From positions 1 to 34,131 of the IMG/VR virus record IMGVR_UViG_3300045988_046485: a DNA stretch of 34,131 nt. One strand, 5' to 3'. Positions 6,221-15,253 of the stretch are shown here, in pieces (within the stretch, counting starts at the first letter, position 1; every line of letters starts with the position of its first letter). Position numbers and translations under genes: made by a program. Below the pieces are notes generated by a model. The model searched no databases and had not been told where the DNA came from. It saw only the letters and a list, made by a program, of their open reading frames with translations. Source of the stretch: a virus.

Positions 6221-6754
6221 TTAAACTCCTACTTTTGCTTTGATTGAATTAATAGCGACAACCGACACAGCCATTAAGTAATTACCTGCCGAACCTTCCG
6301 GGGCTGTCAACGTTACCGTAGTAAACCCGGCGTTTGCGTTGCTGTCCGAATCCATACCGGAGCATTCCAGTGGGGATGTGAGTCCAATAAATGAATACGT
6401 ACCGTCTTGGTATTCAGCAAGTACATAGAACTTACCGCTCAAAAGAGAGCGTACGCGTGAAACCACAGCGACATCCCTACCTGCCAATTTAAAACTAACA
6501 CTGAAATCCAATTTTGCCGAAGCGTCCATTGTTCGGATAGCCGATGTAATTTGTATATTTTGCTTATACCCTTCCACAAGTATAGCAACAGCACCCGAAG
6601 CAAAGGAAGCATTCAAAACCGTAGTGTGGAGCTCGTTCTCCGTCAGTGAAACGTCTTCCGCGTGCATCAGATAGATGTTTTTCACACCGACCTGCGGAAT
6701 AGTACAGCCCACAGTGATGTTGCCACTAAGTTTATTTAAACAACTTTTTGCCAT
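6221..6754 (-). CDS. virion structural protein, paralog 1 of 3 (177 aa)
   Basis: Starts MAKSCLNKLSGNITVGC with the same C-x11-C spacing. First gene after the capsid-gene terminator. Confidence 0.7.
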   Translation of the reverse strand: MAKSCLNKLSGNITVGCTIPQVGVKNIYLMHAEDVSLTENELHTTVLNASFASGAVAILVEGYKQNIQITSAIRTMDASAKLDFSVSFKLAGRDVAVVSRVRSLLSGKFYVLAEYQDGTYSFIGLTSPLECSGMDSDSNANAGFTTVTLTAPEGSAGNYLMAVSVVAINSIKAKVGV

Positions 6755-6768
6755 ATTATTTTTGAAAT

Positions 6769-6800
6769 AAAAAAGGGGTTGGGTTAATATCCCAACCCCT
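6769..6800 (-). terminator. Rho-independent terminator/attenuator immediately after the major capsid gene
   Basis: Minus strand reads AGGGGUUGGG-AUAUUAA-CCCAACCCCU followed by UUUUUUAUUU: a 10-bp GC-rich stem, 24 nt after the stop at 6824. Confidence 0.85.
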
Positions 6801-6823
6801 CTTATTGTTAATACTAATTTTCA

Positions 6824-7768
6824 TTACGCAGACTCGTGCAACCACATCTGCATCTTCTCGGGCGCTACCAGCATGGCATCTGCCGCGAACAAAGTCTGTG
6901 AGTAGTAGTTACGGCTCTTTGCATCCTGGATGAACGGTGCGATGTTAGTAGAGCTACCTTCCAAGGCAATCTGAATATTTTCCTTCGGTGTGAATACTAT
7001 GAAAGCATCTGTATTACCGTCAACCAAGGCGGCGTTAGACACGTGTCGCAGCTCTGTAATCTTATACCCCTCGAAGAAGTAAACCGGGCGGCCGTCCACG
7101 ATATCGGACTGGGCAGCGCTGTTATCTCTATCCTGCAAAAGGTTCTTATAAAGGCGCATAACGTTAGACGTTACGAAGAACTCCGAGGTATCAAGTGTAT
7201 CGGGGCGCTGTGCGTCGATAGCTCCACGAAGTGCAGCAAGAACGCCTGCTGTGTCAAGAGTCAAAACGTTTTCAGTTTCTCCACTATCTTTAAACTGCTT
7301 GATGATACCGCCGCGCGTAAAGATACCGTAGCCCGTAGCCTCTACCTTAGTGTCGCCATCCAACCAAGCGAGGCGCAATAAGTCAGCTTCCAACACCTTC
7401 AATACTTCGGACTGGATGAATCCAGCCAAATCGGTTGCAGAGAAATCATCTTCCAGGTTAATACCGCGAGCCACCATTTTGCCCCACAAAGACTGCAAAC
7501 AGATTTCGATAGGCAGTTCGATAGGTGCGTGTGTGTAATACTTAACCTTGTCGGCTACGCTATTGTAGAAATATTCGCCACCGCAGCCTGCTGATTTGCG
7601 CAAAGCCTTGTCGGCAGCCGTAAGGGAAACAACGGGCGTGTTGTTAGCGATACCGTTAAGTACGGTGATACCGTTAGAAATCTCACCAGCCAAACCGACG
7701 GTCAAAGAGATAACTTCGTTCAAACTGTTAATGTTCAGTCTGTTAAGGTCTGTAAATGTAAATGCCAT
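6824..7768 (-). CDS. major capsid protein (314 aa), presumed HK97 fold
   Basis: The size, the position directly after the prohead protease-scaffold gene and the strong terminator after it fit a capsid gene. No diagnostic motif can be read by eye. Confidence 0.7.
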   Translation of the reverse strand: MAFTFTDLNRLNINSLNEVISLTVGLAGEISNGITVLNGIANNTPVVSLTAADKALRKSAGCGGEYFYNSVADKVKYYTHAPIELPIEICLQSLWGKMVARGINLEDDFSATDLAGFIQSEVLKVLEADLLRLAWLDGDTKVEATGYGIFTRGGIIKQFKDSGETENVLTLDTAGVLAALRGAIDAQRPDTLDTSEFFVTSNVMRLYKNLLQDRDNSAAQSDIVDGRPVYFFEGYKITELRHVSNAALVDGNTDAFIVFTPKENIQIALEGSSTNIAPFIQDAKSRNYYSQTLFAADAMLVAPEKMQMWLHESA

Positions 7769-7799
7769 AATTTCTTAATTTTTTTTGTTTGTTCAAATG

Positions 7800-8762
7800 T
7801 TATTTTTTGTAAAATCTCTTTGCCGCTTCGGCTACCGCGTCACGACTAAGGGCTGTTTCTTTCTTTTTGTCCTTTGGAATGTTTACCGGGGGGACACCGG
7901 GTTTCGCTGTTGCGCGGCTAAACTGTGAGGTCATCGCTGCCATTGACGCTGTAAGCGTTGCAATAGATGTTTCAAGCGCTGCGATACGGTTTGCGAATTC
8001 TTCGGGTACGGCTGCCGTTTCGGATTCTGTTGCCCCTTCTTCTGCCTCGTAGGGCTTAACTTCGGTAATCACACCGCTTTCGATGGTGATAACCAAAATA
8101 CCTTCATCGACTTGAATTTGTACCTCACCATCCGGGTGAACGTTGCCTTCGCTATCAAAGACCTTATCACCGATAGCCATCACCTCACCAGCCGCCTCGA
8201 TAGTAATGCTATTACCATCCACGGTTTCTACTGTTTCCGTTGCAAACTGCGTCTTTTGGAATAGATTTGCAAACGAGCTGAAAAATTTGTTCATTTTTTT
8301 CTCTGTTTTATTGTTATTAAAAAGGCTTTCCGTGGCGGCTGGAAGCCCCACTAAATCACATGAATACAATTCTACAAACTCGGTAACGTCAAGAATACCG
8401 TCATTCAATTCTGCCGCATTGTAACCAACTACAGAAACACCCAACATATCGGGCTCTTTTTCTATCATGGTTGCGATAAACTTCGCTTCATTGGGGTAGG
8501 CTGTCTCAAGTGCTTCGGACATCTCGAAGTCAGCAAAGGCCGCGCCATTCTCGTAAACGAAGTTCGTAAACTTGCCTAAATACCCGTCCAGCATATCGCT
8601 GCCGTTGTGGGTACGTCTGCAATGGACTGGCTTACGGTTTCCGAGCGCTACAACGCTTTTAACTGCCGCGTCCGTAATAGAAAGGGGGTATTCCCCACCT
8701 TCGTACATCCCAAAGTTGGTCGTTAACCCGGCCTGAATAATTCTAAGCTTTTTAAATTTCAT
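7800..8762 (-). CDS. prohead protease (HK97/S78-like) fused to a scaffold-like coiled-coil C-terminus (about 320 aa)
   Basis: The N-terminal half has PVHCRRTHNGSD..LGKF and ..LYSCDLVGLPAATESLF, resembling the H...G and E.S.V..PA blocks of S78 proteases. The C-terminus is acidic then alpha-helical (ANRIAALETSIATLTASMAAM). ATG 8762 is chosen because of its AAACAATTTTTATG leader. Confidence 0.6.
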   Translation of the reverse strand: MKFKKLRIIQAGLTTNFGMYEGGEYPLSITDAAVKSVVALGNRKPVHCRRTHNGSDMLDGYLGKFTNFVYENGAAFADFEMSEALETAYPNEAKFIATMIEKEPDMLGVSVVGYNAAELNDGILDVTEFVELYSCDLVGLPAATESLFNNNKTEKKMNKFFSSFANLFQKTQFATETVETVDGNSITIEAAGEVMAIGDKVFDSEGNVHPDGEVQIQVDEGILVITIESGVITEVKPYEAEEGATESETAAVPEEFANRIAALETSIATLTASMAAMTSQFSRATAKPGVPPVNIPKDKKKETALSRDAVAEAAKRFYKK

Positions 8763-8788
8763 AAAAATTGTTTTTGTTGTAACACGTG

Positions 8789-8796
8789 CAAAGATA
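8789..8796 (-). promoter_or_regulatory. Isolated TAnnTTTG box (TATCTTTG) in the 78-nt gap before the protease gene
   Basis: A -7-like octamer lies 27 nt upstream of ATG 8762. No convincing -33 TTG is present. Confidence 0.25.
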
Positions 8797-8840
8797 GCGC
8801 CTTTTGTCGTATGCGCCACCTCTGCACGAGTTGATTAATA

Positions 8841-11342
8841 TTAGAAAGTTGCGAAGCCCTTGACTACCGCCACGTCGTTTTGCCCTGCGTTGATGTCCTG
8901 CACCGATACAACCGGGTTAGGCATGCTCATAACTGCGTCGATAACAACTCCAGCCAGTTGGTTAATGCTTTCGCTCGATAGGCGCACGTTATCGGACTGC
9001 CTAACCATTCGGTTTGCTTCGGAGATGCTCGCAGCCAAACCGCCATCAGCAAACTTGTAAAGCCCGGACGTACCGAAAGAGTTACCCCCGTGTGCCTCGT
9101 TAACAGCTGACAAAGCATTAATCTCTGCACTGGCTGATTTCTTCATGATATAGACGTTTTCACCTCCTTCGGCCTCGAACACCTGCCCGTTATCGCCTCG
9201 GAATGTTACACCGCCTTGTGCGTGTGACTTGCCGAATATCTGACCGCCCTTTGCGTACTTCTTAACGCTGCTTACCTTTGTTTCGGGTTCTTTCTGTTTG
9301 GCAATGCTCGCAACTTGTTTCATACCGAAAGCAATAACTATCGCGGCTTGTGCGATACCGAGTATACCACCTTGTGCCAGTGCTTTAGTAGCACCGATAT
9401 AAGTGTTAATGGTTGCTTGAACCACACCGAACGCCTTACCGATTGCACTCTCCTCGCCCAGCAAAGTAGACATCTGCCCTGCGAGACCTGCGGTCATTGT
9501 CAGCTCTGCGTTAACGCGTGCCCTCGTATTCTCCTCTTTAGCTTTCTCGTATTTCGATTGGATGAGGGCTGTGTCCGCCCCTATCTTCTCGGCCGCTGCT
9601 ATCTCCTGGGCATACTGCGCGTCTAATGTAGCTTGCCTTAACTCGTATTCGTTCGTTATGTTAGCCATCTGCAACTCCTTTAGGTTCGCTTCATCGAGGG
9701 CTTTCCTTTCTTTTTCGGCACGGTCTTGTTCTTCTCGCATCTGCTGTTCCAGCTGTAGCACGCCTAATTGGAACGACTGTTCCCGATTAGCAAACTCTTG
9801 TTGCGAGATTAAACCCTGCTCTAAACGGTAACGTTCAAGCTTTAAACTTTCCTCAACGTATGCCTTTTCGTTTTCAAGTTTTAACGCTATACTGTCATTA
9901 GCTATTTCCTTTTCCTGCAAAGATAGCTCTAACTTGGTGCGCGCTTCCTCGAACTGTTTAATTGTCTGCTCCTGCAACTCTCGCTTCGCTTTTTCCGCGT
10001 CCTGCGCTGCCTTTATAGCCGCTGCCGCCTTCTTCTCCTCGTTGGCCTTAAAGGCGGCTGCGTTCTTTGCGTTCTGCTGGGCTACCAATCCGCTTGCCTG
10101 GTTTTCCAGCTCTTTACGCTGTGCGATGTATTCGGCTTGCTTGCTTTGAAGGTCTGCAAGCGCTTGCATCTCGGCACGTCTATCTTCTTTGGATGTGTAC
10201 CCGAGTTCGTTTTGCGCCTTTATCTGTTCATACTTCTGTTTCAATACGCCAACCTCGGCTGCCTCCATCTGCTTAAGGATGGCGATGCCCTTTTGCGCGG
10301 CTGCGTTCCGTTCGTTCGTGCTCTTTAGCTGGTCTCCTACAAGCGTCTTTTGTGTTTGCAGCTCTCTACGCATCGCGGTAACGGTAACAAGGTTCTTTGT
10401 TTCCGCCTCGTATATCGCTAATTCCTGCTGGGATAGTGTTTTAGCTGCGTTTGCTGCCTTCGTCGTCTCCTCGGTTATCAGCCCCAGAGACGAAAGAAGC
10501 GCTACAACCTTGTCGCTTACCCATGTGAACGCCTCGGCTATGCCCGTCAGCATATCGGTTACCCCGTCAAGTATTCGCGAGAAGATAACTTCAAACGGTG
10601 CGAACGCTGCCTTAAGTGCTGCTGCCGCCTCGCTGTTACGTTTTACCAGCTTTTCGATAGTAGAGGCGAGAAGCAAGACAAGCGATATGATAGCTAACAA
10701 CGGGTTAGCCTTGATTACCGCATTAAACGCCTTGAAACCTTGTGTTCCGATATTCAGAGAGGACACCAGCGAACCCGTAGCGCCCGAAAGCCCCTTTGTA
10801 TTGCTTAACGCTTCCTGTACGCTTTCCGCGTAGTTACCTACGTTTCTGCGGTTATCGCCCACGGCCCTTTCCATCTCCTTAAGTCTGTCGGAAATCTCTT
10901 TGGTCTCGGTAACAAGCGCTTTACCCTCGTCCGTATTGTTACGGGTTGCCGCGCTCATGGCGTTCAGCTCCTTGGTGTTCTTCGCCAACTGTGCGCGTAA
11001 AGCGTCTACGCTGTCTTCCTGGCTCTTTAACAGCGTAGTGTTTACCTTGATAGCCGAGTTATTGTCAGAAATGGACTTATTGGTATCTGTTAACTGTTTT
11101 GTTAAAGATACTTGAGCTTTCGTCGCTTCGGAAACGACTTTCTTATACTCGTCCTGCGACAAGCTGCCGGACTTGAAAGCCTTTCCTGCCTCGTCCAATT
11201 GTTTTTTCTCGTCCTTCAACGCGCTTTGCAAAGACTTCTTTGTCTCTGCCAGTTCAAGCGACTTTGCAATTAACGCGTCCAGCCCGTCGAGTGCTTCGGA
11301 AGTATCGAAAGAGAGGTCTAATAATGTAACTTGTTCAGCCAT
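8841..11342 (-). CDS. tape-measure-like protein (833 aa)
   Basis: Almost entirely heptad-like K/E/A/Q-rich helix, with an internal hydrophobic segment (ANPLLAIISLVLLLASTI) and a second near the C-terminus (GGILGIAQAAIVIAFGM), then a Gly-rich C-terminal region (YAKGGQIFGKSHAQGGVTF..). Confidence 0.7.
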   Translation of the reverse strand: MAEQVTLLDLSFDTSEALDGLDALIAKSLELAETKKSLQSALKDEKKQLDEAGKAFKSGSLSQDEYKKVVSEATKAQVSLTKQLTDTNKSISDNNSAIKVNTTLLKSQEDSVDALRAQLAKNTKELNAMSAATRNNTDEGKALVTETKEISDRLKEMERAVGDNRRNVGNYAESVQEALSNTKGLSGATGSLVSSLNIGTQGFKAFNAVIKANPLLAIISLVLLLASTIEKLVKRNSEAAAALKAAFAPFEVIFSRILDGVTDMLTGIAEAFTWVSDKVVALLSSLGLITEETTKAANAAKTLSQQELAIYEAETKNLVTVTAMRRELQTQKTLVGDQLKSTNERNAAAQKGIAILKQMEAAEVGVLKQKYEQIKAQNELGYTSKEDRRAEMQALADLQSKQAEYIAQRKELENQASGLVAQQNAKNAAAFKANEEKKAAAAIKAAQDAEKAKRELQEQTIKQFEEARTKLELSLQEKEIANDSIALKLENEKAYVEESLKLERYRLEQGLISQQEFANREQSFQLGVLQLEQQMREEQDRAEKERKALDEANLKELQMANITNEYELRQATLDAQYAQEIAAAEKIGADTALIQSKYEKAKEENTRARVNAELTMTAGLAGQMSTLLGEESAIGKAFGVVQATINTYIGATKALAQGGILGIAQAAIVIAFGMKQVASIAKQKEPETKVSSVKKYAKGGQIFGKSHAQGGVTFRGDNGQVFEAEGGENVYIMKKSASAEINALSAVNEAHGGNSFGTSGLYKFADGGLAASISEANRMVRQSDNVRLSSESINQLAGVVIDAVMSMPNPVVSVQDINAGQNDVAVVKGFATF

Positions 11343-11354
11343 AATGTTTTGTTT

Positions 11355-12962
11355 TTAATTGTTAACGGCTATTAATGTAACGTCAGCCGTGCCCGTTGAC
11401 GCGTCCCAGTTGCTAATAGCTCTAAGATAGAACCAAGCGCCCAACTCGTCTATATAATACAGCCCGTCCGACTTCATGTTTTTAATATCGAAATAGGTTA
11501 GCCGCATCTTCGCTGTCACCTGCCACCCCGGGGAGAACCTTTCGTAATGCCCGGCTATCGTAGCACGGTATCCACTGGCACGGTTGAAATAGTTATCGGG
11601 TATCCAGCTCGAACCGCTCGCCCTTATCATAGAGGCGTATGGGCGAGGCGCGCCCGGGTTTACGGGGAAGTTACTTTCTCCTGCGGTCTCCTGCGTGGAT
11701 ATCGCACCACCATAGCCGCCCACGGTTTGTGTTAACTCGCCTACCTTTACTGCGTATGTTCGTGCCGCGCCTGCTGCTTCAGACACCTTAACCGTACTTG
11801 TGTCTATCTTGCCCGTCCAGTTTTGCCGATACGTCGAAGACGTAGACGGGTTTATGAACGGCTTTAGTGTTAGCAAAAACGGTGAGGACTGGAACTCATA
11901 AGTCCAGCAAAACGCCTTGCAAAACGCCTGCACAATATCGAACGGGGTATTCAGCCCCATCGTTGACACTAAGTCCCATGCATACGCTGGGGACCCAACC
12001 GCCTTGATACGGAACGATATATAATACGCTTCGGTAGTAGGTACGGAAGTAATAGGCGTACCCGAATAAACCATAGAACTCGAAGAGGTTGTAAACCCGA
12101 AATTCAAGTCTCGTGCCGGTCTCGGGGTTATTATACACGACGTGGTGCCGGGGCTAACCGGGTAGTAGGGATAATTGCCATCGGGTCTTACGGTTCCGCG
12201 AGCAAAAGGCAAAGCGAATGCGCCCCCGTTACTTCGTAGGTAAACGGTTGCGGGGGCGGTAGGCGGTAGGATAACGAACGAATCGGGAGTAAATTCAAGG
12301 TCGAACGTAGAGCCTACCATATACGTGAAACATGTTGCTACGTCGTTATTCTCCGCTATCATGTAATTTGCAGCGTACACCGAACCCCTAAGCCCGTCAT
12401 GCGCACCCTTAAAGACCAACTGGCTTTCCGCGTCCTTGTAATCGCCTGCCGTTTTCGTTTCCCGGTCTGCCACGTATGCGAGTTCTACGGGTGTCGTCCC
12501 GTTAAACGCGTGTAGATTGGGCATAATTACCGGGGTAGGGTACGCATAGTTAAGACTATCCTCGTATGTCGAAAATTGGTACGCTGGCGTTTCAAAGGTA
12601 GGTATATTAACTACCGGGGCGCGGAGGGTCGAAAGCTTCGATACGGTTTCAATGAGTTCAATCGTATAGCTATCCAGTTCAGCGGACACACGGGCACGGA
12701 ACAAGCCGCCACCGAACGGGACGTCAAGCCCCGAAAACGAAATCTCGGCTACATACGGGGAATTCCGCGTGTAGTAACCGGGGAAGCGTTCGGACTTTAG
12801 CACCAGGTCATTAACTTGTGACCGGGGCACGGTGATGCTCCCCGAGTAGCTTACGGTGCGCTCGGAAAACTTAATCGGATCCGGGTTGTTGATGGTGAGT
12901 TTTACCGCACCGGGTGCCACACCGTCCAATAACACACCGTTTATTCTTATTTGTACTTCCAT
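11355..12962 (-). CDS. tail/baseplate protein (535 aa), possibly receptor-binding or Tal-like
   Basis: The beta-rich N-terminus MEVQIRINGVLLDGV...LTINNPDP is typical of siphovirus tail-tip proteins. It lies adjacent to the tape-measure-like gene. Confidence 0.5.
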   Translation of the reverse strand: MEVQIRINGVLLDGVAPGAVKLTINNPDPIKFSERTVSYSGSITVPRSQVNDLVLKSERFPGYYTRNSPYVAEISFSGLDVPFGGGLFRARVSAELDSYTIELIETVSKLSTLRAPVVNIPTFETPAYQFSTYEDSLNYAYPTPVIMPNLHAFNGTTPVELAYVADRETKTAGDYKDAESQLVFKGAHDGLRGSVYAANYMIAENNDVATCFTYMVGSTFDLEFTPDSFVILPPTAPATVYLRSNGGAFALPFARGTVRPDGNYPYYPVSPGTTSCIITPRPARDLNFGFTTSSSSMVYSGTPITSVPTTEAYYISFRIKAVGSPAYAWDLVSTMGLNTPFDIVQAFCKAFCWTYEFQSSPFLLTLKPFINPSTSSTYRQNWTGKIDTSTVKVSEAAGAARTYAVKVGELTQTVGGYGGAISTQETAGESNFPVNPGAPRPYASMIRASGSSWIPDNYFNRASGYRATIAGHYERFSPGWQVTAKMRLTYFDIKNMKSDGLYYIDELGAWFYLRAISNWDASTGTADVTLIAVNN

Positions 12963-12965
12963 TTT

Positions 12966-13985
12966 CTAAGGTTCTACTATTTCAAATTTGCATTTAAAGT
13001 TAACCGCCCTTCCGAGCGCACCGCCTTGTATGTTCAGCGCGTTCGGGTTCTGTATCGTAACGCGTGCCCACTGGCGTGTAGCCAAAGGGAATACCCCGGC
13101 AACCTCGCCCGAACGTGAAAGCCAATACAGCGCATTTTGGTTATCTTCCGTTACTACTACGTTTATCGTAACGTCGTAGGACAACACACGGTTGCCACCC
13201 GAGAAATTAACCAAGTAAGTGGGCACAATACGGTATTGGTCAAAATACATCGTATCATAAGCCCCTTTGCTGTTAAGCCATCGAAGCGTTACCCGTTTGT
13301 TAGGGTCGGGGCAATACGGGTATTTACGTTCAAAACGTGCGTAGCCCCATACGCTGGCATCGTTTGAGGTTCTGAACTGATACGTGCCTATATTGGCGAT
13401 GTTTGTACTGGTGTGCATAGACCAAATGTCGGATGTTACCGAACTGCCGTACCTGTACCGTAATCTACCATCCGAGTTAGCCGTAATTTGCCCGTATCTC
13501 AAAGCAAAGTTAAAAGGTGCACCCGTTAAAGGGCTGTTGAGAAACGAAGCACAGCTAAAGTCCAATTGGTTAAACAGCCCGTTACCATAGTCCGATAGGT
13601 TGCGCGTGTCTACCTGTGATGCAAATCGCCCGTCCGCTATTGGGGCATGAATTACTCGTATACCGATAGACTTCAACGTGCCTTCCATGTATCGTATATC
13701 CAACCGATCCGTGAAGTCGGTAAACCCGAGACCTCCGTTAATGCTCTCTGTTATGCTCGGTGTGGCTGCTGCCATCATCGACATATCCAATACCGCTCCC
13801 TCGTATGGGGTAACTGTAACTGTTGCCTTCTGCTCCCCGTTACGTGAAAAGATAAGTGCTATACTCGTAACCGAGCCGACCTGCTCCAGGCGTATAGGGC
13901 GATAGAGACCTGCGCCGATGCCGCCGATGTAGATCATGCCGCCTTCCGTTGCCGTTTGACTGTTTAATAGGTTTCTTATAATCAT
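12966..13985 (-). CDS. tail protein (339 aa), possibly distal-tail (Dit)-like
   Basis: Beta-rich, with an ATGA-type overlap with the upstream gene, and immediately precedes the 535-aa tail protein. Confidence 0.45.
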   Translation of the reverse strand: MIIRNLLNSQTATEGGMIYIGGIGAGLYRPIRLEQVGSVTSIALIFSRNGEQKATVTVTPYEGAVLDMSMMAAATPSITESINGGLGFTDFTDRLDIRYMEGTLKSIGIRVIHAPIADGRFASQVDTRNLSDYGNGLFNQLDFSCASFLNSPLTGAPFNFALRYGQITANSDGRLRYRYGSSVTSDIWSMHTSTNIANIGTYQFRTSNDASVWGYARFERKYPYCPDPNKRVTLRWLNSKGAYDTMYFDQYRIVPTYLVNFSGGNRVLSYDVTINVVVTEDNQNALYWLSRSGEVAGVFPLATRQWARVTIQNPNALNIQGGALGRAVNFKCKFEIVEP

Positions 13986-14422
13986 TGCTTTTTAGTTAAA
14001 ATGGTTAATATCTCTGCCCTTACTATCCGGGACACCTCTACTGTGATACGTTGCACCATCTCGGGGGTCAGTATCTTACTTGCCACACCGCCAGCGTTGT
14101 ATTCGTTAGGTACGCTGATACCGTCCCTTTTAATCACATAGGCAATCGCGTAGGCGGCTTCTTCGGGTATGTCCGTACCTGCGTTCTCGTTCTTGTCTTT
14201 TATCCACTGTTTGATTGCCGAGATTGGCGGCATCGTGCCGGGTCTACGTCCGTCTTCCATCTGATAGATGTATGCCGGGGCTACGATACGAACGCCACCG
14301 GGGTATTCCTCGACTTGTGTTTTCTTATCAAAGTTACCCGAGGCGTTCAGCTTCATAGCGTAGTAGTTGGCTACAATCTCATCACGAATCTTTTTAACCG
14401 CCTGTACTACTTCGCTGTTCAT
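13982..14422 (-). CDS. neck/tail-completion-like protein (146 aa)
   Basis: The block EDGRRPGTMPPISAIKQWIKDK resembles the G.R.G..PP....W...K block of HK97 gp10-type head-tail proteins. This match is weak. Confidence 0.4.
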   Translation of the reverse strand: MNSEVVQAVKKIRDEIVANYYAMKLNASGNFDKKTQVEEYPGGVRIVAPAYIYQMEDGRRPGTMPPISAIKQWIKDKNENAGTDIPEEAAYAIAYVIKRDGISVPNEYNAGGVASKILTPEMVQRITVEVSRIVRAEILTILTKKQ

Positions 14423-14424
14423 GC

Positions 14425-14769
14425 TTACAAGTATTTAAACCAGGCGTAGGGTTTACGGTTTTTTAGGTATTCGGTATCGTGGTCATTGGCGTACGCCTCT
14501 TTCTCGAAGCCCATTCTATCATACGGCTTATCGTTCGGGTCGCATGGTTTCTTTTCAAAACTCCACGCAAAGTAACGTATTACCCACTCGATACCGTACC
14601 AAACGTAAAAAGGCACGTAAAGCATTTCGCGCATCTGTTTGGTGTGAATGCTTTCGTGTCTTATTGTCTTTTCACCTATATAGGCGTTGCCGCGAACGAA
14701 CAACACGCCAAAGAGGTTAATCGCTTTGAAGCCCTTAAAGGGGATGAACTTGTTTCTGATAATCTTCAT
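14425..14769 (-). CDS. small HExxH-motif protein (114 aa), putative Zn-metallopeptidase-like
   Basis: Contains GFKAINLFGVLFVRGNAYIGEKTIRHESIHTKQ (HExxH followed by Q) and a downstream FEKEAY. It is preceded by a 79-nt gap holding its own promoter-like element. Confidence 0.55.
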   Translation of the reverse strand: MKIIRNKFIPFKGFKAINLFGVLFVRGNAYIGEKTIRHESIHTKQMREMLYVPFYVWYGIEWVIRYFAWSFEKKPCDPNDKPYDRMGFEKEAYANDHDTEYLKNRKPYAWFKYL

Positions 14770-14802
14770 AATTTCGTGTGCCGTTCATTAGTTAACGACG
14801 CA

Positions 14803-14833
14803 CAAAAGTACGTAGTATATAACTACAAAACAA
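14803..14833 (-). promoter_or_regulatory. Late-type promoter candidate (TTGTTTTGTAG-N12-TACTTTTG)
   Basis: The minus strand matches the Bacteroidota -33 TTG / -7 TAnnTTTG layout and is near-identical in layout to the element upstream of terS (17809-17839). Confidence 0.5.
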
Positions 14834-14848
14834 GCTGCGTTAAGTCTG

Positions 14849-15250
14849 TTAACCGAATTTGTAGACATCCAAAACGGCCTCCCATCCCGATTTAATGCTA
14901 TCGTATTGGTTCTGCACTTTCGACAAGCGAATAGCGCCTACCTCGTAGCCGCACACGAACGGTGCTAACATCTCATGTATTAAACGGTCTGTGCGTATCA
15001 GTGTCTCAATCTCTACGGCATCATCGCGCATATACTCGGACGTGCCCATACAACGTATTACAATAGTGTAGCCGTTACTACGCGGTACGTTCACGTCGTT
15101 ATAAAAGCCCGTGGTTATGTCCAGAGTGAAGAAGTCCACCGATAAACTGTTTGCCGCTACGTTCTGTACGACTGTATCTCCGAACACCAGCGGAAGCCCT
15201 AAAGCTGCCGCACGTGTATTCGCTGTGTTGTAAATTGTCTCAAAGGTCAT
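14849..15250 (-). CDS. hypothetical structural-module protein (133 aa)
   Basis: ATG 15250, 3 nt after the upstream stop. No motif recognised. Confidence 0.7.
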   Translation of the reverse strand: MTFETIYNTANTRAAALGLPLVFGDTVVQNVAANSLSVDFFTLDITTGFYNDVNVPRSNGYTIVIRCMGTSEYMRDDAVEIETLIRTDRLIHEMLAPFVCGYEVGAIRLSKVQNQYDSIKSGWEAVLDVYKFG

Positions 15251-15253
15251 ATG

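Noticed and set aside
8927-9130. Minus-strand ORFs in alternative frames nested inside larger genes: 8927-9130, 11896-12138, 25182-25367, 26601-26852, 29262-29453.
   Set aside because: They are fully embedded in the tape-measure-like, tail, secreted-protein, primase and polymerase genes. They have no independent start context and implausible compositions.
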